From contig JABBOG010000015.1 of the NCBI GenBank assembly GCA_019351975.1, forward strand, positions 1,203-65,202: a stretch of DNA of 64,000 bases, read 5' to 3'. Origin of the DNA: Acidobacteriota bacterium (GTDB lineage: Bacteria; Acidobacteriota; Terriglobia; Terriglobales; Acidobacteriaceae). The notes beneath the pieces were generated by a model that had not been told where the DNA came from, did not search any database, and saw only the letters and a program-made list of their open reading frames with translations. Position numbers and translations under genes: made by a program. Within the stretch, counting starts at the first letter, position 1. Each line of letters starts with the position of its first letter. Shown here piece by piece: positions 28,735-36,297 of this stretch.

Positions 28735-29745
28735 CTACGGCTTCTTTATCGCTGTTTCACCGCCAGCGTTGTTCGCACCAGAGGGCGTCGCCGCTGGGCA
28801 GGTCGGCAGTCCCTGCTCAATGTCGGAACCCTCTTCATAGTCGTTCCATGTTTCGATCATCATGAACGGAATGACCTGTCCCGCCGGAAAGAACTGTTTC
28901 CAATAATTGAAAGTCTTCTCGTACGTTTGACCGCACTGCCCCGAGATATGCCGATTCAGGCTCCAGGATGCCTTGCTGTCGTTGAGTTGCGGCCATGCCC
29001 CGCCCACGATGATCATGTCCGCATACTTTGTGGCCATCGTCTTATAGAAATCAGCCAAATACCGCTCACCCCAATTGCTTCCGTCCGCTGCCCATCCAAG
29101 AGGTCCCGGGTTGATCCACGGATAAAATCCGTCAAACGCTTCCGGGTGAGGCCCAGGCAAATTTTCCTGAATCAACAGGGGTGGCGTGTCCCACTTGTTG
29201 ACGACCGACCGTACCTTGGCCCAATCCGTGTGATTTCCGTTGGGAAAGACGAAGATGATGGGCCTTCCCTCATACGTTAGATAGGCTTGATGGCCCTTCG
29301 ACTTCGAAGCAAGATAGGTGTCATGGAACATGGTAAAGTCGGCGATGGCTTCATCCGTGGCACCGTCTTCCTGATTGCTCTCTTCATACATCATCGCAAC
29401 ATGGAACTTGTTCTTATCAGCCGCAGCCTGCATCAACGCGTACGTTTGATCCACATAGGCATCTCTATCGCCATACCAATCCATTACAAACGCGGAAATC
29501 CCCATCGATTTTGCTCTTCGAATCTGGCTTCGGAGCACATCTTCATCGTGCGACGAGTATCCCACCGAGATGTGCCTCGATTCACCAAACCACCCTTCAT
29601 ACACCGCAATCACCGCAGGCGAAGGTCCCGTCGCTTTGTACTTGAGTTGCACCGGCGGTGTCTGTCCAAAGCACCCGTGGATCAGAAGAAGAAATGAAAG
29701 GATTGTGGCACACGACGCAGCCTGCATACACGTATTATCTAACAA
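28735..29745 (-). CDS. Glycoside hydrolase family 71/99-like protein, exported
   Basis: AVYEGWF, GYSSHD..VLRSQIRRAKSMGISAFVMDWYG, YEGRPIIFVF, IETWNDYEEGSDIE. Confidence 0.8.
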   Translation of the reverse strand: MLDNTCMQAASCATILSFLLLIHGCFGQTPPVQLKYKATGPSPAVIAVYEGWFGESRHISVGYSSHDEDVLRSQIRRAKSMGISAFVMDWYGDRDAYVDQTYALMQAAADKNKFHVAMMYEESNQEDGATDEAIADFTMFHDTYLASKSKGHQAYLTYEGRPIIFVFPNGNHTDWAKVRSVVNKWDTPPLLIQENLPGPHPEAFDGFYPWINPGPLGWAADGSNWGERYLADFYKTMATKYADMIIVGGAWPQLNDSKASWSLNRHISGQCGQTYEKTFNYWKQFFPAGQVIPFMMIETWNDYEEGSDIEQGLPTCPAATPSGANNAGGETAIKKP

Positions 29746-29900
29746 ACATCGCCGATGCAGAAACTACACGACCGAACCAACTGAAGCAAAGAAATGGGTC
29801 CCGCCGCGAACTCCTGCGTACGCTGCGAACATCCACTTCCATGGCTTTCGCATCCGTACTAGCAAGCCTTTAAATTAATACGTAAGCACAGGATATAAAA

Positions 29901-31868
29901 GTGTCCATTGGATCCTCAGATAAATCAAAGGAACTAAAAGCGAAAATTATCTCCGGAAGTCTCGTCTTGCTCTCCGGATCGAGCTTCGCAACGGCTGTCA
30001 ATCTGGCCTACAACGTGGCTGTCGCACGTTTTCTCGGACCGATAGGATTTGGCCGCGCTACAGCCGTCTATACTTTGTTGACCTTGGCCTCCGCCGCTAC
30101 CCTGTCCTTCCAGATCACTTCCGCTAAAGTGGTCGCAAAAAAGGGATCGCAGGAGAGCAAAGATGCGGGATACCGCGACCTCCATCGCATCGCATGGGCA
30201 TGCGGAATTGCTGTGGCCCTGCTGCTCATCCTCTTTCGCCAGGCCATCACATCGTATCTAAATCTCCCGACGACGTCTTTGGTCGCTCTCATCGCAATCG
30301 GCGTCGCGTTCTACGTTCCGCTTGGCAGCCGACGTGGCTACATCCAGGGCGCATATGGATTCAGCAGCCTGGCTAAAAATCTGGTCCTCGAAGGTATCGT
30401 CCGGCTCGGCGGCTCGCTGCTCATGATTGGCCTCGGTTTCGGCGTCACCGGCGTGATTGCCGCCAACTCAGCCGCTATTGCCATCGCGTACTTTGCCATT
30501 ATTCCGAAGCTGTCCAAGCGGATCGCCAATCCAATGGAATTTGCGCACACGCTCAGGGAAATCACGCAAGGAGTAGTGTTCTACTCTGGGCAGGTCCTGA
30601 TCAATAACTGCGACATCATGCTGGTTAAGCATTTTTTTGCCTCAGAAGAGGCCGGCTTGTACGCTGCCATCGCCATGGTAGGCCGCGTCACATTCTCTTT
30701 TTCCACAGCCATCACCAACAGTATGTTTCCAGTGGTCGCAGGCTCGGGTGAAGCCGAAAGGAAGAATTTATCTCTCATCACGACGTCCCTGCTACTGGTT
30801 CTTGGAGTTGGTGCGGTCTTCGCCGCCGGTCTGCTTCTGACGCCTTCATGGATCTGGACAAAATTCTTCGGTGCCAGCTTCGAGATCGCCGGCCCGCATG
30901 GATTTCCCTATCTCCTCGCGCTTTATGCGATCACAACCGTCATCTATTCACTCAGCGTTGTCGTCATCACGTATGAGATGTCCTACAAGATCGCCAATAC
31001 CAGCTGGATGCAGCTGCTCTTCAGCGGCTTCGTTATTGTCGGCATCTGCCGGTTCCACGAGTCGCTCCGTGAAGTAATCCTCGTACAGCTCGTTCTCATG
31101 GTCGTCCTGTTTGTCCTTGTTGGTCTTCCCTTTCTCGCGGATGCGCTGCGCAACGCAAATGCGAGCGACGAAGTCGCAGTCCACACGCTCCGTCTGATGC
31201 GGCAAATTTCTGAAGACGAGGTTATCGCCGAATTCATACGAAGCGAATTCGAAAACGTCGCTTACAGCCGCTATCACGGCACGCTACGCGACATCGTCTT
31301 CCAGCCCAACCTCCATGACCCCGAGGAGAATGCCAAACGCAAAGCGCTCCTCCTGCTCAGGCATCGGTCTCTGTGGCGCGAGCTGCCACCGGATACGCAA
31401 TGGTATGAGATCACGATGACGGAGGCGGACCTGGCCCAAATACGGGTCTTCCCGCGGGCTCACTGGATTCATATCGCTCGTGGGAACTTTTCCTTGCCTC
31501 AGATCATGAAGCGAATGCGCACCTGGCATAAGACAAACGATGACCCTTTCGTCCGGAAGATCACAAGCATCCGCAGCGGTCTGGCCAGCGAAAAGTTGAA
31601 GACCGGATCCGTGCTGCTCATCGGAATCAACGAAGTGGAACCAATGACGATACTCGATGGCAATCACAGATTCGTTGCTGCCGCGCTCGAAGGAAAAATG
31701 GATAAACTACGCTTTCTCTGTGGTTTATCCCCGAACATGACACGCTGTTGCTGGTACAGAACCAATCTTTCGAACCTCACCCGCTACAGCGGTAATCTTA
31801 TTCGGCATGTTGCCAGGCATCCCGAAGCTGATCTTAAGCGTCTCTTTGAAGTGTCGGGACAGTTATAA
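29901..31868 (+). CDS. Oligosaccharide flippase (Wzx/MOP family) fused to a C-terminal soluble DGNHR domain
   Basis: About 12 TM segments with ARFLGPIGFG, CDIMLVKHFF..EEAGLYAA; then about 225 aa soluble domain with TILDGNHRFVAAAL. Confidence 0.88.
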   Translation: MSIGSSDKSKELKAKIISGSLVLLSGSSFATAVNLAYNVAVARFLGPIGFGRATAVYTLLTLASAATLSFQITSAKVVAKKGSQESKDAGYRDLHRIAWACGIAVALLLILFRQAITSYLNLPTTSLVALIAIGVAFYVPLGSRRGYIQGAYGFSSLAKNLVLEGIVRLGGSLLMIGLGFGVTGVIAANSAAIAIAYFAIIPKLSKRIANPMEFAHTLREITQGVVFYSGQVLINNCDIMLVKHFFASEEAGLYAAIAMVGRVTFSFSTAITNSMFPVVAGSGEAERKNLSLITTSLLLVLGVGAVFAAGLLLTPSWIWTKFFGASFEIAGPHGFPYLLALYAITTVIYSLSVVVITYEMSYKIANTSWMQLLFSGFVIVGICRFHESLREVILVQLVLMVVLFVLVGLPFLADALRNANASDEVAVHTLRLMRQISEDEVIAEFIRSEFENVAYSRYHGTLRDIVFQPNLHDPEENAKRKALLLLRHRSLWRELPPDTQWYEITMTEADLAQIRVFPRAHWIHIARGNFSLPQIMKRMRTWHKTNDDPFVRKITSIRSGLASEKLKTGSVLLIGINEVEPMTILDGNHRFVAAALEGKMDKLRFLCGLSPNMTRCCWYRTNLSNLTRYSGNLIRHVARHPEADLKRLFEVSGQL

Positions 31869-31948
31869 GCAGTACGCAACAATTGGAAACACTTGTACCA
31901 CTTGCTCAAAACAACCAGGGGAAAGGCCCCAGAAAGAAGGAAATTCAG

Positions 31949-32347
31949 ATGTCAATGATCAAACGCGAGGTACGGGTTCATCAGGTTCCGGATCAAGTCA
32001 ATGCAACCGCAGAGCGTACTTTTCTCCAGGAATTACAGAAATGCAGCGAGTCAGAGCGTCCCCGCTTCGTGCTCGACTGCTCCCGCGTTAGAGAGATGGA
32101 CATCGCCACAATTCACCTTCTGCTTTCGAGCCTTGAGGAAGTAATGAAGTGCAACGGAGATGTGAGGCTTGCTTCGCTCCACCCAGCTGCTGAAGAGATG
32201 CTGAGCCTAGCCGGTGTGAATCGCCTCTTTGAGATCTATCCCACCGTTGACGGAGCCGTTCGCAGCTACCACCAGCGCCCCACAAGCATCGCTCCCATGG
32301 ACTTTGGCACCGAGCAATTCGACCGGAGCATAGAACTTGCGGCGTAG
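31949..32347 (+). CDS. STAS domain protein (anti-sigma antagonist-like)
   Basis: FVLDCSRVREMD, GDVRLASL, LSLAGVNRLFEIYPTVDGA; AAGGA SD. Confidence 0.88.
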   Translation: MSMIKREVRVHQVPDQVNATAERTFLQELQKCSESERPRFVLDCSRVREMDIATIHLLLSSLEEVMKCNGDVRLASLHPAAEEMLSLAGVNRLFEIYPTVDGAVRSYHQRPTSIAPMDFGTEQFDRSIELAA

Positions 32348-32413
32348 TTCTACAGAGTTACGGTCACTCTCGATGTTGGGCCCCGTTATAATCAAACTGC
32401 CTTGGGAGTAACG

Positions 32414-32863
32414 ATGAGTCACCGTAATTTGTTGCTGGACCGTGCTCTGGCAGTAGTTGTAGCTGCAGCAACATTCGTTCCTATGTGCGCACATGCGGCA
32501 CCGGTGCAAGATCAGGTGCCGCAAAGCACGCCTTCCCAGACAGTGGCCAACCCTCAACCTGATGCCCCAGCATCTGCCAAGCCATCCAGTCTCGCTGAAC
32601 CCGATTCGGCCACTCAGTCTTCTTCCTCAGCAACGAACTCCCCCTCGCAGGCGAGTCAGCCTCCCGCAACCGGTACGGCGTTGGCGCCATACGAAAAGCA
32701 GGACGGCATTACAGGCTCCAAGCCAGCCGGCGCTGCCATCGCACCCGGGAAACAACACCGTTCGCGCACCCTCGCAATTCGCGTAGGCCTCATCGTAGGA
32801 GCTGTCATTGCGGTTGGCGTCGTCGCTGGTGCCTCCATGGCAAGCCCCGCTCGAGCAAATTGA
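32414..32863 (+). CDS. Small exported Ser/Pro/Gln-rich protein with C-terminal hydrophobic anchor
   Basis: Signal ending AHA; low-complexity linker; RSRTLAIRVGLIVGAVIAVGVVAGA TM segment; GGGAG SD. Confidence 0.7.
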   Translation: MSHRNLLLDRALAVVVAAATFVPMCAHAAPVQDQVPQSTPSQTVANPQPDAPASAKPSSLAEPDSATQSSSSATNSPSQASQPPATGTALAPYEKQDGITGSKPAGAAIAPGKQHRSRTLAIRVGLIVGAVIAVGVVAGASMASPARAN

Positions 32864-33561
32864 TGTTAGAGCCACAACACAATGTGAATGACCGCATGCT
32901 TCCCTCTCACCCCATGGTCATCAGCTTCTCCGGGATCGACGGTGCTGGCAAGAGCACGCAAATAGACAATCTAATAACGCATCTCACAGCTGCAGGTCTC
33001 AGCATCACCCTGATCACCTTTTGGGATAACGTCGTCATGCTTAAGGCCCTTCGCGAAGGTGCCGGGCACAAGGTCTTCAAAGGAGATAAAGGGGTCGGAA
33101 GCCCGGACGCCCCTATTCAGCGACGCGACAAGAATGTCCGTTCCCCCATCATCACCGTCTTCCGCATGGCGTTTTACCTGCTGGACGCATTCGCTCTTCG
33201 AAAGATCATGCGGCGCGTAAAGCAGTCGAATGTGGATGTCGTCATCTTTGACCGTTATCTCCTGGATGAAGTCGCCAACCTGAACTTCGACAACGCTTTC
33301 GTCAGAGCCTACGCACATCTGCTGCTCAAACTGATGCCCAAGCCATCCATCAGCTTCGTGCTCGACGCTGATCCGATCCAGGCCTTCGCAAGAAAGCCCG
33401 AGTATCCCCTCGATTTCCTGCATATCAATCGCAACGCCTACCTGCGACTGGCGCGCGAGGTGGGTGCAACGATCATTCCACCGTCTACCATCGAAGCGGC
33501 AAAGGCTGCAGTCGTCGAATCTGTCGCCCAACGACAGAGAAGTCTCCAGCTCCACCCGTAA
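32860..33561 (+). CDS. Thymidylate kinase-like P-loop kinase
   Basis: ISFSGIDGAGKSTQI, VIFDRYLLD, PKPSISFVLDADP; overlaps the upstream stop. Confidence 0.82.
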   Translation: MMLEPQHNVNDRMLPSHPMVISFSGIDGAGKSTQIDNLITHLTAAGLSITLITFWDNVVMLKALREGAGHKVFKGDKGVGSPDAPIQRRDKNVRSPIITVFRMAFYLLDAFALRKIMRRVKQSNVDVVIFDRYLLDEVANLNFDNAFVRAYAHLLLKLMPKPSISFVLDADPIQAFARKPEYPLDFLHINRNAYLRLAREVGATIIPPSTIEAAKAAVVESVAQRQRSLQLHP

Positions 33562-33589
33562 CCAGCAACTGAAAGCATTCCTAACAAGA

Positions 33590-33631
33590 AAGGCGCATGC
33601 AGCCGGTTCGTTTCCCGACTCCATGCGCCTT
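33590..33631. terminator. Probable intrinsic, possibly bidirectional, terminator between convergent genes
   Basis: AAGGCGCATG...CATGCGCCTT 10-bp stem with partially paired interior; U-rich tail on the minus strand. Confidence 0.55.
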
Positions 33632-33650
33632 GACGTTTGTGTTCAGAGCT

Positions 33651-34943
33651 TCAGTAATACGTAAAGGTCATCTTATCTACGTACGTAGTGTTCGACGCCT
33701 GATTGTGGTTGCCGTCCATTTGATAGTTGACTGTCATACCCCACCACTCGCCCGGCACCGCAAATGGAGCGACCGTCTGGTTGATCGTATGCGTCACTCC
33801 ATTGACAGTGATCGTCTGATACAGCAGATCATTGTTCGATTCCCGCTGCACTTGAAGCGTGATGTGATTCCACGCCCCGTTGTTCAACTGGCAAGGTACC
33901 GACGTTGGCATCCAATGGGCACTTACGTTGTTCCAGATGTCCCACACGCCGTCTCCCAAGTGATTACACTGCGTCCCCCACTCCATTCCAACGCTGTCTA
34001 AATACATATTGATGTCGTACTCAAGCGATTGCGTAATGCCGAGATTGGTGACATATGTATAGCTATCGAGCGTAAAGTTGTGCAATGTAGGCAAGAGTTT
34101 ATGGTTTTGATCTGCAAGCCCTTCAACGTTCCCCTGTCCCATCACCGGATTCGAGAACAGCGCGTCTGAGTAAGGTGTGGAACCTCCCAGGGTGAAACGT
34201 GTCGCGTTGCCGGTCAGCGAGATGTAGCCCTGATGTTGGAGCATGGACCAGTTGACGCCATTGCACGGCGAGCAGATATTATCGGACGGCGGCAACTCTC
34301 CCCACTGATGCCAACCGTTCAGGGCCTGCAGGTTAGATACCGTACTTCCGCCTCCTCCCGCAACCGTCACGGGAACAGCTTTCGTCGTGCTTCCTCCGCA
34401 GTAATCCCAGGCCTGCACTACGGTATTGTGGTTTCCTGCGCTCATCGTGACCTGTGTGTTCAGCTTAGAGCCCTGCGACACTGTATTCAGCTGTCCGTCG
34501 ACATAAACCCCCATCGAGGCTACGCCCTTGTTGCAACTTGAATTCGCGGATGCCACATATGGCGTTACCGAGGGAACCGTGCTGTTTACCGATGGTGTTG
34601 TCACTACGACGCCCGCCGCCGTGCTGGAATTGATACTCAGCTGCGCGGAAGTTGAGCCTCCGCAGTAATCCCACTCTTGAATGACGAGCTTGTGTGTGCC
34701 CTCAGAAACGGCAACAGTTCTATTAAGGCTGACCCCATTCTCAACAGCGTCAAGACCGTTATCGATATACACACCCATCGAAGCGACGCCTCGTGAACAA
34801 GTCGTCGTATTGGCACTGGCCACAATGTTTATGCTCGATCCAACTGTTTCTCCGTTTGAAGGACTGTTAACCACGACGGTTGCGAATGCAGGTAACGCAA
34901 AAGCAAAGGTCAGCATCAGAGGTGCGTAGGGGAGTTTCTTCAT
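33651..34943 (-). CDS. Exported protein with two Ig-like repeats and a C-terminal beta-sandwich (lectin/ConA-like) domain
   Basis: Signal ending PAFA at ATG 34943; duplicated C.[RK]GVASMGVY.D...WDYCGG; Trp/Asn-rich C-domain. Confidence 0.8.
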   Translation of the reverse strand: MKKLPYAPLMLTFAFALPAFATVVVNSPSNGETVGSSINIVASANTTTCSRGVASMGVYIDNGLDAVENGVSLNRTVAVSEGTHKLVIQEWDYCGGSTSAQLSINSSTAAGVVVTTPSVNSTVPSVTPYVASANSSCNKGVASMGVYVDGQLNTVSQGSKLNTQVTMSAGNHNTVVQAWDYCGGSTTKAVPVTVAGGGGSTVSNLQALNGWHQWGELPPSDNICSPCNGVNWSMLQHQGYISLTGNATRFTLGGSTPYSDALFSNPVMGQGNVEGLADQNHKLLPTLHNFTLDSYTYVTNLGITQSLEYDINMYLDSVGMEWGTQCNHLGDGVWDIWNNVSAHWMPTSVPCQLNNGAWNHITLQVQRESNNDLLYQTITVNGVTHTINQTVAPFAVPGEWWGMTVNYQMDGNHNQASNTTYVDKMTFTYY

Positions 34944-35147
34944 GTAAATCTGCCTTAGAGTAAAATGGGCGTGCAAGATGCAGGTGCTACAGTTTGGCGC
35001 TCCACAAAGTCCAACAAGTGATGCAGCTACCGTTCGACTGGCTCCGTTTCTATCAGCCATCAAAAGTTTTCTCTCATCCCAAAGATGGAGAATTCATCTA
35101 CTTTGCCTGTACAACACCGGCATAAGTAGCCATCACATCAAACCTCT

Positions 35148-35295
35148 CGTATTACGACTTCATAATACGGCCACGTACTAGATTTGACAATTGAAGTAAA
35201 GCAACTTTTTCGGTTGCAAGATCATCATACATTTATAAAGCCGTAGAGCAACACGGCGCAAAATTAGCTCGTCGAGCTCCAAAAATATTATTTTT
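35148..35295. promoter_or_regulatory. Cluster of five inverted repeats in an AT-rich divergent promoter region
   Basis: CGTATTA-N8-TAATACG, GCAAC-N7-GTTGC, GCCGT-N8-ACGGC, AGCTCG-T-CGAGCT, AAAAATA-T-TATTTTT. Confidence 0.5.
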
Positions 35296-35370
35296 AGAAG
35301 TATTTGCATTGAAATCATAGATTTAAGCTTGCATGAACCGTCAGCGCACTCATCTCATCCCAGGGGCGCT

Positions 35371-36075
35371 ATGAAATTTCTTGTTGAAAAGTTTTATTTT
35401 GTCTCTGCTTTGTCGCTCCTAATGCTGGTTTTCATCCCCGCGAGCCAAAAATGCGCTCTTGCACAGCAGCAGACCCCTTCCCAATCTGGCCAGCCCAACC
35501 TTAAAACACCCATCAAAACCTCAGCACTGCGATCCGTAACACAGCGGAGAACCTCGCGCATCAAGAATCCTCCTGCACAGCCACCCGTATCTGCTGCTGC
35601 GACGGTTCTTCTCTCAAACGGAAGCCTACAGGTCAAAGCCAACAACTCGGATCTATCTCAGATCCTCACCCAGGTTGCTGCCGACGGAGGCATGACCATC
35701 GACGGCTCTGTTCCTAACGTCAAAGTCTACGGAACCTATGGTCCGGCGGACTCAAGACAGGTCCTCACGGATCTGCTCACAGGTCTCGGTTACAACTTCG
35801 TGATGGTTGGCACGACATCCTCTGGGGTACCCAGCAAATTGCTGCTTACAGCACGGTCGAATCAGATCTCTCCATCACCGCCCACCGTATATGTCCCACC
35901 GTCGCGAAACATTACCCCGCCCGAAACTTCAGCCAGCGAAGATCAACCTGGGCCGGGCGCAATCGTCAACGTCCCTCCCGCAGGCTCCGACGACCCGCAG
36001 GAACGTGCACAACAGAATCTCCAGCGACTCCAGCAAATGCACGATCAACAAAGCAAACCAATGCAGCCGCAGTAG
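35371..36075 (+). CDS. Exported hypothetical protein with STN/secretin-N0-like domain
   Basis: Signal peptide; LQVKANNSDLSQILTQVAADGGMTIDG...VYGTYGP...VLTDLL; Pro/Gln-rich flanks. Confidence 0.65.
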   Translation: MKFLVEKFYFVSALSLLMLVFIPASQKCALAQQQTPSQSGQPNLKTPIKTSALRSVTQRRTSRIKNPPAQPPVSAAATVLLSNGSLQVKANNSDLSQILTQVAADGGMTIDGSVPNVKVYGTYGPADSRQVLTDLLTGLGYNFVMVGTTSSGVPSKLLLTARSNQISPSPPTVYVPPSRNITPPETSASEDQPGPGAIVNVPPAGSDDPQERAQQNLQRLQQMHDQQSKPMQPQ

Positions 36076-36297
36076 CCATCTGCACTGCTTAATCAATCAG
36101 CTATCTGACGTTGAGTCTGCCGCGCCCCTCGTCTCCGATTACCGACCATACGCCGCAGGCCACCCTGACCGAAGCGCGCCACATATACCGTAGATTGCGT
36201 AAGCTTACTAGCGTCGCCATTCTGGCGCACAAGCGTATCTGCACGATGGATCTCGGGGACAATCGTCCCCCAGCTCCACAACAATCTGGAGAGATGC

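Noticed and set aside
18397-31868. Identity with cellulose (bcs), PNAG (pga) or Pel operons
   Set aside because: No GT2 synthase (D,D,D,QxxRW), PilZ, GGDEF-like PelD or carbohydrate esterase domain recognised; only the architecture is similar.
10464-33561. Lasso peptide/RiPP cluster (nucleotidyltransferase plus kinase)
   Set aside because: No precursor, asparagine-synthetase-like cyclase, B2 peptidase or PqqD/RRE gene seen.
35000-35370. c-di-GMP riboswitch or sigma54 promoter
   Set aside because: No GGCAAA/GACGCAAAGC aptamer pattern and no correctly spaced GG-N10-GC found.
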